Source: Selaginella moellendorffii
Lineage: Eukaryota > Plantae > Lycopodiophyta
DNA: 64,000 nt
Direction of reading: 5' to 3'
Assembly: GCF_000143415.4 (NCBI RefSeq)
Contig: NW_003314294.1
Coordinates: 625,453-689,452 of the forward strand
Of the stretch, positions 1-13,000 are shown piece by piece; the first letter of the stretch is position 1, and each line of letters begins with the position of its first letter. The notes under the pieces were generated by a model. The model was not told the origin of the DNA. It did no database searches and worked only from the letters and a program-made list of their open reading frames with translations. The position numbers and the translations under genes are program-made.

Positions 1-2805
1 GGGCAACCTGAGAGATGTCTAGAGTGACCCAAAACTCCTCAACCTCCTCGGCATGCTCAAAAGTTAGACGACACTTGATGTGTTTACACTTAAGAAGTTT
101 GTGTTAAATGAACAACTTTAGTCCCTAGACAAAGGTGGCCACTATGGTCTACTTTGTGAGGTTTGAGATTTGGGTGAGGCATAGCTCTTAGTGTTGCATA
201 AATCGCTAGATATACTTGATAACAAACTCATGTGGTGTTTGCCATAAAGAAAAGAGCTCAATGTGAAGCTATTGGAGATCCTTCTTCTATCTAAACATTT
301 TGAGGAAGAGCTTATTCACCTTTGTGTATCACTCCCACTTTGTATCCAAAAGGGACTCTACCCAAACCTAAGTTTATCCATGTATCAATCAAAGAAAATA
401 GTGATTGCCCATATCAATGGTGATTCCATTTGAGTCACAAAGGACTTTCAAAATCCACTATATGACTCTGTGTTAATGAAGTTTTAGGTGTGAAAAGGGC
501 TAAATCCACACCCTATTGTTGGATATAGACCATATTAGCCATCTCTACTGGCTGCTGCAAATCCTCAAGTAAGGTATTTACTAGATCCAATGAATCCTAT
601 TTATTTGAGATGAATTGGTGGAAATTAAACACTTGCCTCAAATGACTTGCCTTAAAAAGTGGAGATTGGTGCATACTAAATTGATCTTCCAAGTGATTGC
701 AAATATGTTGTCACTAGTATAAAATGCTCAAGTCACTGCAAATGCCCAAACATGGTCAATGCTATGAAATGGCACTCTCAATCCAGCAAATTGAATCTCT
801 CCAAATGCCTTTATCAAAGCCCACAACCAAAATAAATGGTTGTAAACATTGTAAACTCCAAAAATAAAGCTCTAAGAGGCATGAAAATGTTGAGATATTT
901 CTAAAGGAAACAAGTGTTATGCTTTTTTGTTGAGAGCTTTTATTGTGGTGGATGGAATCATTTAGAAAGTAGCTCAATGTTAACTTAAGAAGCTAAGTCA
1001 TCCTTCTCAAGTAAAAGAAATCCAAGATAGAATGCAAGATGGGAGAAAAACTTTTAAGAACACTCTTAAACAAGATTGAAAGTTGGGGAAAAATCATAAG
1101 ATCTCATGGAATTGGGCAACAAATTGAATGATTTAACATGGTAATGAAAGATCACAAAGGGATATACAATTTTGATGCAAGAAACCATGAGAAAGACAAA
1201 CACTTTATATGCTAGAGATGCATGCAACTTCATTTATCATACGATGTTACAGAAAATAACTTAGATTTGGCTCGAAACTCCAGAAAAACAATGAAATTGT
1301 AACTCAAAAGAAAAAGTAGAGCAAAGTGTATATGATGCAATAAACGACAATGAAAATAAACTCTAGACACTCGATAAATTGACACTCAAAGGTTGCATTA
1401 GCATGGGGAAGAAAAAAATTAAAGAGTGATTAGCAAAAAACTTTAGAAATGCACAAATCTGGATGATGGGTAGCTTTGTTTGTGTTTTAAAGCCACTCAA
1501 AAGCAAGATCCTACAAAGATGCATAAAATGGTGTGAATTCTCATCACACAAAGCTTCTACATTAAATCACGTTCATGCACTGAAAGAAAAATATGTGTAT
1601 GTTGTGGCTCCCAGCAAATTGGCCTCCAAGAAACCACTCACCAAATAGCTGGTAGCAAGATCTAGGAGCCCATCAAATCAATTGGTACAATCTCTCCCCA
1701 AAACTCAAGCTTAAAGTGAAGAAAGATGTGTGTAGAAAGAAGAATGAAAACCAAAAGAAAAATGGTGAGAACTCTCTCATCCCTTTACCAAATCATGAGC
1801 ATCTATTCTTGTTGGAAAGAGAAGCCCAAGATCTACACATCCAAAGAAATAACACCTCAAATGAATCAAATCTGAGGGAGAAAATTTGGTTGATAAGTCG
1901 TGTTGCACACTATAACTCTAAAAACACTCTAAGAAGATGAAATCTCGCTCTAATTCTCAAAAATCTCTCCATGGGAAGAATTCTTACCACTCTTAGCCTA
2001 TCCCTCTCCAGAATCTCTACTCCAAACCCTGTGGATCTTCTCTATCAATCAAGAAATGCTACAAAAAGTAAAAAGATGGATATCATATTAGGTTCACCAT
2101 ATTGAGGTGAGACACCTCAATCCTCCTTTTTTCTGTAACTTTGCTCAGATCCTAAGTTCTCTCTCCATAGCTCTAACTCAAGATACAAAGTGCTGAACTT
2201 TGATATTTCACCCTCATGTAGTTTTTATACAACTACTCAGAATATTCTAAAGGTCAGAATATTCTCTCTCTCAAGATGCCTATGGCTGGAACAGAGCTAC
2301 TCTAGAATAAGAGATTTAGGCATATAATTTCAAATTGTGACCATGGTGGCAAACTTAGGATTTGTTGTTTGCTATTTATGGTAATGTTTATATGTATTGC
2401 CACACCTTACAAATTTGTGTGTGAGAGATGGCTTTTAAACTTGTAGAACAACTTCAACTCTTAGCTTTTTATGCTCTAGCAAGTAAGAATTAAGAAGTTA
2501 GTGATAGCTATGTAAGAATCAAAAAGGTTTTGTGTTAATGATAACCAGAAATAGAGTAGACTTTATTTGAGAAATCTGGCTTTTAGTTCTTTTCTGTTCT
2601 AAAATATTAAAAATAACAACTTTTGCTAATTGAATTCATAAAATTGCATTACCTCTGCTATTATATGCTATACCTCTGCTATTAAAATTCATATAGATGT
2701 CACCTTCTCATTTCAATTTCTTTTAGCTTTATTGTAGTTTACCATTTAATAAAGAAAATTAAATTACATAAATTTTATTCTTTTCATTTGTTTATAGATA
2801 TAGTT

Positions 2806-3711
2806 TTATTTTTCTTTCGGCCTTCTCCAAATAGAAGTTTGATTAATTGTATCATATACAGTAACATGACCTGTATTTTCTACACATAATGAAAATGTAA
2901 CCCAAATATTCTTCCAATAAATATCATAAGACCATATAACATTATGATATTGATCATAAATAACAAGATTTCCATCTTTTTGAAAATGTAGAAAACATCC
3001 AATACCTTTTCCTGATGTTTCAGTATCCCAAATAGAAATTTTGCCATAATATAATACAAGATTACAATCAAATTTCATATATAAAATAAATACTAAATTT
3101 GGTGATTGAAGAAATTTTCCTTCTTCAAGATGAGAAAAAAATGAATAATTTGGTCCACTTTTAATACAAGTTTTATATAGAATACAATCTGTTTCTTCAT
3201 ATGAAGTAAAACTATTAATATCTAAAAATTGTTTTAAAAAACTCTTATTATCTTTATCTAATATATATGATATAGAAAATCTTCTATGTATATACTCTAC
3301 AGATCCATATGTTACTAAATCTTTCTCCACATAATTTTTCAATATTTGGGTGAATTTTTTTTCTAATTCCTTACCATTACTTGTAAGAAAAAGAAAAGGA
3401 ACAACTGAACAATATATGTAAAAACTCTTTCTTGAAATTTGTCTATCAAGAACACTTATTGTAATAAGTAAGCTATAATCTTGTTCATGTAAAATTTTAG
3501 AGTAAGAAAATCCTATTAAAATATCTGTTCGTTTTCCTACTTCTTTAATAAGACCTCTAATAGTTGGTATTATTACTTTTTGTCTAAACTCAATTGAAAT
3601 AACCCCTGCTGGATTTTCATAAATTTTTTGAATACAAGCAGAATAATTGAGGATGAAAAATAAAAAATAAATATAAATCATATTTTTGTTGGGGTAAAAT
3701 ATAAAAAACAT
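2806..3711 (-). CDS. Intronless 301-aa protein with hydrophobic N-terminus, unrecognised central region and C-terminal bulb-type (GNA-related) mannose-binding lectin domain
   Basis: C-terminus LEEGKFLQSPN..LYMKFDCNLVLY..IWDTETSGKG.GCFLHFQKDGNLVIYD...VIWS resembles B-lectin QxDxNxVxY repeats; uninterrupted ORF in very AT-rich DNA. Confidence 0.8.
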   Translation of the reverse strand: MFFIFYPNKNMIYIYFLFFILNYSACIQKIYENPAGVISIEFRQKVIIPTIRGLIKEVGKRTDILIGFSYSKILHEQDYSLLITISVLDRQISRKSFYIYCSVVPFLFLTSNGKELEKKFTQILKNYVEKDLVTYGSVEYIHRRFSISYILDKDNKSFLKQFLDINSFTSYEETDCILYKTCIKSGPNYSFFSHLEEGKFLQSPNLVFILYMKFDCNLVLYYGKISIWDTETSGKGIGCFLHFQKDGNLVIYDQYHNVIWSYDIYWKNIWVTFSLCVENTGHVTVYDTINQTSIWRRPKEK

Positions 3712-4437
3712 AGATAAAATATGTATTTCTAATAAAATTAAGTTATAATATGAAATATATCGAGTATCATATATACATAGTCTATGTTTATACTTTTAGT
3801 TGGGCATTAAGGATTTAAAAAATGCAATAATAATAATAAAATAATTTATTTATATTATTTGAATAGATTTATCGTCAATAAGTGCCATATGTAATCTGTT
3901 CACATACTATTTTGTCCTTAATGTATCTTAAAATTTTAAAATATAATACTTATATAATATAACTCATTATTGAAAATAACCTAGACTCAATTAAGAATAG
4001 TTTTGATCATGTATCTGCCATCTATATATTTATTGGAGAATACTTTTGTCATCACTATTGACACTGAAACTCAAGTTTGAAACTTTAAACCTCTACTCTT
4101 GGGATGCCAATTCAACAAATATGCTATATATATATCTATATATACATGAGATTGAATATGTTAAAAAATTTACAATAGTAATGTATTACTTTTCTTATTG
4201 TTTGTTTTATCCTTTCTAGAGTTGATCTACACTATAAACTCTCAAAAACATTTACTTGAGGGAGTTCTAATATCTCCTATTTGCAAAGTTATTGCTTTTT
4301 ATATCATCTTGATCAGCTTTTGATAGAAAAAATTATATCTGATGTTTAACCATTATGCTTTTGGAAATTCAAAGAGTTTTAGATCAAGAAAATTTGAGTT
4401 TGATAGAAAAGATATAGAATAGAAATCACTTCTCATT

Positions 4438-7400
4438 TATAAGTGACTAAATTTTCTATTCTATTTTAATCACTTATTCACACTTTTAACCACTTAGAGG
4501 AATCTTATTCACAACTTCTTTTTATCCTAACTTAGGGTACTTGCTAAGACTCTAAAAGTGGCTTTAAAGCCATAACAATTTCACACTCATTCCAAGTGCT
4601 TTATGTGTTTAAATTGCATTTCAAACATCCAAAGGTACCATTGATGTACTAGCATTTTACACTAAATCTATGTCCATTCCCACTATCTTGTTGGTAATTG
4701 AAGACCATCTATTTCATAGTTTTGTCTCTCTAAGAATAAATTATCTATCTATGAGTGGTCATTTTATAACCACTTTTTAACATTCGTAAAATACTCTAAA
4801 ACATGGGGGAACAACATCCTCTAATATCTTTTCTTTAATCCCTATTAAATCCCTCTCTATTTATAGTAGTGCTCACCAACACTACCAGGGCTCAAAAGCC
4901 CATCCATTAAGTCCCACTAACCTTTAGGAGTTATTAATCACATAATTATATCTTTGGTTACTAAGTAAGAGGATCACTCCTTTTACTTTCCACCATTAAG
5001 GATTTTGAAATGATATTTCAAAACACTACAACCCACTGTAGACTTTTAAATACTTTCCCTACCTTCTACCACTGAGTGCCTCAACTATATGGTTAGAGTG
5101 AGGTTCCAATAAGCCACACAATGTATCCAAGTAGGTATTGCACCTACACTTGGATTGGGAATATTAATCATTCAATTTTTTGGAAGAGATAAAGCTAGCC
5201 CTTGAACATTTCATTAAATCACTTCATTTGTCCATTTATATTCACTTTAGTTTTAAACTCTCCAATATTTATATCATTATCCACTACATGAGTATAATCT
5301 TCTTTGATCACATTCGTTTCCTTAGAGTACTACCCCCTATTATCCTACAAAGATTTATTAAACCCCTCAAGGTCTAAAAGATGATCAATTCAAGCTTTCA
5401 CCCCATTGGATATGTCTAGCATTGTATATGTCTGGCCCCAGATATATCTAACCTCAGATATATCAAACCTTGGATATGTTTGGCCTTAAATATATCTAGC
5501 ACTTTAGACACTTAGTTCTCGGTAAGGTAAGATGATTTTCATATCATTCCACTTTGAGTCGTTGGTTCTAAGACTTTAGTCTTGACACTTCCACATATCA
5601 CAACACTTGCCATGTGTCAACTGTTTTTATACCCCTTTCTTAAGAGTCTTTTATCAATCACTTCTTGCTCGTTCCTTGAGTGTTTCTTATGGAGTTCCAC
5701 TCTCACTCTTGATTTTTCAAGTCGGAGCTTTGGTCCAACATATTATGCTCGTTAGACTTCTATTTTTTCCACTACCATATGGCACACCTTTGACTCCATT
5801 TTGTGACTTAGGGATTTGTGTCTTTACAACTCCACCACTTATAAACAAAGTTGATGTCCTCATTAAATGATAACCTATTTTCAAAAGTAACCCTATAAAA
5901 AATTACTATTTTATCTTTTGGCACCAAACTACTATTTGTCAATGATTTAACACTAAAGGCTCGTCGTGCCTTAAAGAGTATACACTTTCTAACTTATAGA
6001 CTCAACAACTCACTTATGATGGTTCCTTCTTATTGTTGGTTTAGATCTCATTAAAGATACTTTCTCTATCTCAACTTTACTACTCACTCTAGAGTAGTTT
6101 TAGACCATGTCAACATGAAGATTGCCCTTTGGATCTTTAATACTTAACTTATATCAATTTTTCTAAGTGTTTCTGACCCCTTCCCATACACACTATTATT
6201 GTGAATACACTTTACTTCCTCATCCTAAGGAATTCCTTACTTGAGGACACTATCATCCTCTCTTTCATCCTATACTAGCCTAGACATTAAATTCCACCCA
6301 TCACATACTAAAACTTTCTAAAGAGTTTTTTCTTTTAGTCTTATCTATAGTTCAATCCCATTGCCTTTAGTGCTTTTATATCTATCTTCCTTGTTAACTA
6401 CATCTTCTTATAATGTCTCTATTTGGGTTATTTGACCCCACATGATCAGAGTTTATCTTAGGATCTCTCAATCCTTTATTCCTACCCTCTTATTAAATTA
6501 CTTAAGTGTTATCATAATTTATATTAAGTCTACTTATAGCATAATGGGCAAAAATGGGCTCAAGAAAATACTAGAACAAAACCAAATGATAAGTTAAGTG
6601 AGAAACCTTTAAAAAGTGGGTGCCAACAAATATGTAGGGAAAGTTATAAGATTTTAAAGGAAAAAAAAGCTTGGATGCTCCAATTTAGGGAAAAATAAAA
6701 GCTTCAAGAGAGGTTTATTACTTTTATTCTTTAATCATTACACTAAGTAATATAAAATCACCATTTAGTCCTTAGGGAGCAAAAACTCTATTTTGTTAAG
6801 TTTATAGGGTTTTCACCCCTTTGTAAATCTTGTCAACACTCTATGGGCTCTATCCCAATCTTCTAACCCTTTTATGGGTCCTTTGGAGTTTACTTTCTTG
6901 TATTCACAATATTATGTATTATATTAGACTATTTCACTTTAAATATCTTTCTCACTTAGTCACTATGACCAAATCACACTATACCATTTGTTTAAATCAC
7001 TACTTTGAACCAAGAATTATATTCCTTGACCTAACAAAGAGTTTGTCCTTGACTAGCCATAGGATCACTTCGTAATCTAAAATAGATACTTTAACATGTT
7101 TACCAATAGTGTTAGGGTGTGGCCACTTAGAGAGTGTGAGAGAGTGAGTGTGAGAGTGAGAGAAAGAATATTCTGATTCCTAAAATATTCTTCCTCCTCT
7201 TTGTATAAAACCCTTGCCCCACAAGGGCAAAGAAGAGGGGTATTTATAGAGAGTATTGAAGCATTTCTCATGTTTGAGTGAACATTGGGGGAGTGCCTCT
7301 CATTCCCCCAACAATATGTATTAGGTCTGCTCAACTTTTGAGTTATTAACCATGACCCCAAGGGCATCCCCCACACTTAGTGCCCAAGCCAACCCTTCTA

Positions 7401-7533
7401 GTCAAGGGTCCATAGCAACTAAAATTGGGTATCCTTATCCCATTCACTATGTCCCTAAGACCATTTGCACTAGAGTATTCAAGTTAGATATGTTGAGTTT
7501 TCATATTAAGTATACTAACTATAGATCATAACT
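4438..7533 (-). mobile_element. Old, truncated family C LTR-element copy (3' LTR ~4438-5828 plus adjacent internal region)
   Basis: Reverse complement resembles ~47000-50886 (LTR end ...aaatttagtcacttata; PPT/LTR start gtggtggagt|tgtaaagacac at 5828); heavily diverged, with small insertions. Confidence 0.7.
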
Positions 7534-7924
7534 TGTAAAACACAAATCCCTAAGTCCCAGTGGAACTAAAGTATGGCACATGACAATGGCCAAAGTGGAA
7601 GTTTAGCAAGCATAATAAGTTTGGACTAAAAGCTTTGACTCAAAAAATTGAGAGCAAGAGTGAAACTTCTAAAGAAGTGCATGAAGAATGAGCACAAAGT
7701 AATCAATAAGTGAGTCTCTAGAAAGGGACACAAAAAAGACTAATATATAGTAAATATCAAGACATGTGGAAATATTAGGACCGAATCTGAGACCAAGTTC
7801 ATGATCAAGTTCAAGATCTAGTCTAAGACTAGGTCTAGGATGGTGTAAGCTCCTAAATTTGGAAAATCTGAGACCAAGTTCATGATCAAGTTCAAGATCT
7901 AGTCTGACACTAGATCTAGGATGG

Positions 7925-8427
7925 TGTAAGCTCCTAAATTTGGACTTCCTGAGAGGTCATCCAACCCTAAGTATCCCAAGACCCTTAACCAATTAGAAAA
8001 GGGGGTGCACTCTTATTCATAAACCCTTCCCCTCTATATTTGAACCAAGTTCACGCCCTCGTGAACGGAAGTTGAGAGCCGTAGCTCTCCCAAGAGCCCC
8101 GCTCTCTTGATACCCTAGCCCTCGGGTCGAGCCTAGCAGGAGTAAACTGGACTAGCCAGATGTCAATTAACATATGGTGTGATTCCCCTAGCCAACTAAC
8201 AGAGTCGGACCCGAGACCCCTCTGATACTAAATGTAAGCTCATAAATTTGGACTTCCCGGGAGGTCACCCAGCCCAGTACTATTCAAACCCAAGGACACT
8301 TAACCCCAAGTATTCTAAAACCTTTAACATATTGGAAAAAGGGGGTGCACTCTTATTCATAAGCTCTTCCCCTTTATATTTGAACCCCATAGACCGTCTC
8401 TCGAGTCGTTCTCTTTGGTTGCTTACA
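7925..8427 (-). mobile_element. Cassandra TRIM (5S rRNA-derived LTR), one LTR partly deleted
   Basis: TG...CA ends, TSD GATGG (7920-7924/8428-8432), degenerate iMet PBS at ~8220-8232, 5S-like segment in LTR. Confidence 0.9.
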
Positions 8428-8783
8428 GATGGAGGCCAAAATAGAGTTTAAGTCTAAGACTAAGATTGAGACCAAGATTGGTTCCACTGGGGTCCTCCCC
8501 CTACTATCCCACAGGGACTTACCAAACCCCCTAGGGTCTGGGAGATTATCATTTGGGTGTTCATGCTTGACTCAGATTTGGACTCAAACTTGACCTCGGA
8601 CTTAAACTCAGTCTTGGTCTCAATGGTTATAGTAAACAACTATAGTTGAGATCACAGAAAGGATAAGGACTCCTAGACAATAAAGGAGATATAAAATTAT
8701 CCTTAGGTAATTGAAGATGGTGCTCAAGAATTTAAGATTAAAGTTGATGAATATGGGAGGTCAAATATAGATGATGACATATA

Positions 8784-9874
8784 TATAGTGCACATGGTTT
8801 TCACCCTTAATCCTATGGTGATTTACCATAAGATAACTATGAAGCGGAACCTAAACCCTTCATATGCCACTTGTCACATGCCACATGTCCAAAGACAGTA
8901 GAGTAGAACCCAAGTTTCAGAGCTTTGGGCCACTGAATGAAGATACGGAGCTAAACTCCCAAGCTTGCAGCCAAGGCGCGAAGGAACTGAAACACGGAAT
9001 GACTCTTGAATATTTAGCCCAAGGAGCAAAGGGACAGAAGCACAAAGCGACTTGGAATAGTTCTAGAGCATCCCGCATCCCAATGCCAAGACTAGTATGC
9101 AAAACGGAACCAAATAGAATCTAGTGTTATTTTAGTATACTAATGGTCTAATGCGACGATATGGGTACTCCACTAGCTAGCATGGTGTGGAACTTAGGCT
9201 TAGACCCAAGCTGGACGCAGAACAAGGAGACAAACACACAAGCCGGAGTTAGACTATGCCTCAAGTTAGTCGGCTATGCCCAATTCCCCCCCCCCTTGGA
9301 GGAACACACACTTTGGGCTTTCACCCTTAGCCACCCTTAGTACTAGGAGTTAGTTTGTAGGACAAGTTTGAAACTTACTAAATATGGAATGTCCTTAAAT
9401 TGCAAATTTGGACACAAGACCAACACTAGTGTGTTTTTGACAATCTCTACATTCTGTAGATATGCCAAATAAGCAAATCTAGATACTTTCCATAAATAAC
9501 AATTGGGACCAGAACAAAACCAACACAAAGGGCATGATTAGTATCAAGAACCCTTGTGATATTGAGATTGGTCCCTCAATACTTGCTAGATGATAGCTTA
9601 CCGTGTCTGCTAAACACCCTTGCTACAAGTGCAAGCCAATGATAGGAGTTTCTCAAACCAGGCCGAGTTTGTTCAGCAAGAAGCACATAGGAGTTCCTAT
9701 CTTATATTTATTCAATTTAAATATACGGCCATTGACTAGTTTCTAAACTAGTTTAAGTGGGAACTATAAAGGAACCAATAATACCGACCTCTTGCCATTA
9801 TGGCAGTAAGGAAAAAATATCTAAAAGGACTAGCCGATAAATAACTTTTGATACCTAAAGTTACATTTACAACA
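8784..9874 (-). mobile_element. Diverged family A solo LTR
   Basis: Same orientation as, and similar to, 27207-28343; flanks atata/atatg (4/5 TSD match); interrupts family C sequence. Confidence 0.8.
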
Positions 9875-10027
9875 ATATGTTATTGAAATGGCAATTAAGG
9901 CTACCTTTAATAAATGTTAGAACAACCCAAGGAGTTGAAGGCGTATTTGAAGAATAAGTCAACATCTTTATAATATTGAAGGATAGTTCTAAGGGACAAA
10001 TGTAGCCTATATAGAATAAGGGATAAT

Positions 10028-13000
10028 TGTCATGAATGTGACTTCGGGTATCGAAAGTTACCTGTCGACCAGTCCTTATGGACACTCTTTCCTTACTGCC
10101 ACGATGGCAGAAGGTCAGTATTGCTAAACCCTTTGTAACCCCCTCTTGTTCAAGTGTCAGTAAACTGGACTTTGCATCTGTACTTGGCCGGATGAACATA
10201 AGGACGGAATTCTTAAGTGTCTATTCAGCCAAGCATACTTGGCCTGGCTTTTTAGTTCTCTTTTGCTCTGTCTTGCACTGGCTTGACAAGAACCATCGCA
10301 TATTGAGATTAGTCCCTCAATATTGCTGAATGATAGCTTACTGTGTCTGCCAAACACCCTCGCTATCATGCCCTTTGTGTTAGTCTCATTTCGGTCCCAA
10401 ATGCTATTTATAGAAAGTGTCCAGATTTGCTCATTTGGCATATCTACGGAATGTAGAGATCAGCTTGAACACAATGGTGTTTGTCCCGTGTCCAAATTCA
10501 CAATCTAGCGCCATTCCATATTTAGTAAGTTTCGAGCTTGTCCCAGAGACTAACTCCTGATACTAAGGGAGGCTTGGGGTGAAAGCCCAAAGCGTGTATT
10601 CCTCAAGGGGGGGTGCTATGGGGGGTTCCAAATGTATAATAAAGATAGTGGGTAGGTCGGGTATGGCTGACCAACCTGAGGCATAGTCTAGCTCCCGCTT
10701 GTGTGCCTGTCCTTGTTCTGCGTCTGGCTTGGGTCTAAGCCCAAGCTCCACACCATGCTAGCTGGTGGAGTACCCATGTCCTTGCGTTAGGCCACCTATA
10801 TGCTGAAATACCGCCAGACTCCGTTTGGCTCCATTTTGCGTGCTGGTCCTGGCATTGGGATGCTGGTTACTTTAGGATTGTTCCAAGTCACTCCGGGCTC
10901 CTGTCCCTTCGCTCCTTAGGCTATACGCTCAGGAGTTGCTCCATGGTCTGGTTCCATCACTCCTTGGCTTTATGCTTGGGAGTTTGGCACCGTTCCTTCA
11001 TTTAGTGGCCCAAGGCTCTGAACCTCGGGTTTCACAACACTGTCCTTTGGACACATGGCATGTGACACATGGCATCTGTCACATGGCATATGGAGGGTTT
11101 AGGTTCCGCTTCGTGGTGTTATCCTATGGTAAATCACCATAGGATAAAGGGTAAAAACCACGTGCGCTACATTTGGTATCAGAGGTAGAGTCTCAGCGAG
11201 TATTATCCAATGAGATTGGGCAACTAGTCTCGTTGCATACGCAGAGATGAAAACGATGATCCGAGTGGGTACATGTTTGGGTGCTAAGACTTTGCAATCG
11301 TTTCTTGGGTATGGTTTTGGTTACCTTTTTGTATCGTAATAATATGAGTTTGCTCTTGGGCTCATAGGATGGATTGAGATGTTCCGTTTGCATGAGTTTG
11401 CGCTTGGGCTCGTGAGTGAGGCACATTAGCAACTCAAGGTTACACTTTGAGTTGGCAGGATTAATATTAGCCTATCAATGGTTCCATGAGTTGTTCCATG
11501 TACCACAGGTGAAAGTAAACCTTCCCTGGGTTTGCTATGAGTGGCAAATAGGCTGGTCTGTAGCTATTTAGCATGGCACTAGTGGATCCTTCCTAGGCAT
11601 GATTATAAGTGGATCAATCAAGACTATAGGGATTAGTCTATTGGTTCAAGTAGTTATGGCCGTGCTCTCTCATAAACTTTTCTTCGATTGAACTGAAGGC
11701 AGTGCGAAAGCAAGCTTGAGGTTTGGTCAAAGATGAGACCGAAAAGAGAGTCATCAGGGACGAAGGATCAAACATGTAAATCATTTTCTCTTCTTGAAGA
11801 AATGATTTGCAATGAGGTGTTAACTCATTGTTTGTGTTCACATTATGCAATTAAGAGTCCCTAGTATCTTGATGCATGTTGGAAATGATAGTCTTACAAA
11901 TAGTGAGTTGTGGGATGGATAGCGGTGAAACGCTAAACCATTTTGTCTAAGCTTGCTATTGGAAGACTTAGGTTGCAATGCTCAATTCTTTTTTGGGGAA
12001 CCTTGCTATTACTCCTTGAGTAGCTTGGTTTTGGATTAGTGTTGAGTTTGGTTGGAAAGAGAGTGGCATGAGCTTGTCCGTGTTGTGAACAAAAGTTAAT
12101 GGTGTTAAGTGTTGTAAATCTCTATTGATGGGGTGTGGCATTTATGTTGCATTTTGTCAAATTGAGTTGGCACTTGATATTCACATAAACCTTTGCAGTA
12201 GTGACATGGGCATTGCTCATAGTGTTTTTTGATTGATGATCAAGTCATTGTGATTTATATCATATCCATGTGATAATGAGCAATGTGTTTACGAAGTTGC
12301 TTGGGTAAATGATGATCAACCCCAAAGTGGTTGATGGAGAAGCTAATCTACTTGCACGTAGTAGCATTGTAGTAGCTTTAACTGGATTCTCAATGGTGGT
12401 CCATTATGCTAAGCTTAAGTTGGTACCTTGTTTCCTTGAGGGTTTGCCCATTAAGGTGTTGGAAAAGGGTTGTAGCATTCATTTGCTATAGCTCATTGTA
12501 AGCTCCTGAGTTTGGACTTCCCGAGAGGTCACCCATCCCAGTACTATTCAAACCCAAAGACGCTTAACCCCAAATATCCCAAGACCCTTTAACCAATTGG
12601 AAAAGGAGGTGCACTCTTATTCATGGGCCCTTTCCCTCTATATTTGAACCCCATGGATCGTCTCTCAAGTCGTTCCCTTTGGTTGCTTACAATCCACCAC
12701 GCTTCCCTGCAAGTTCACGCCCTCGTGAACGGAAGCTGAGAGCCGCAGCTCTCCCGAGAGCCCCGCTCTCTTGACACCCTACCCCTCGGGTCGAGCCCAG
12801 CGGGAGCAAACTGGACCAGCCAGATGTCAATCAACATGTGGTGTGATTCCCTTAGCCAACCAACAGAGTCGGACCTGAGACCGCTCTGATACCAAATGTA
12901 AGCTCCTGAGTTTGGACTTCCCGAGAGGTCACCCATCCCAGTACTATTCAAACCCAAGGACGCTTAACCCCAAATATCCCAAGACCCTTTAACCAATTGG

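Noticed and set aside
1-2300. Possible decayed LINE ORF2 on the minus strand
   Set aside because: Only faint resemblance (e.g. KSITLVS...LQPFI); no diagnostic RT motif recovered, so left unannotated
7107-7340. Small repeat similar to ~18900-19140
   Set aside because: Real but degenerate similarity; no termini or TSD could be defined
12510-12570. 5S rRNA gene
   Set aside because: Only the 3' half of 5S is present, inside TG...CA LTRs with PBS and TSD; this is Cassandra, not an rDNA unit
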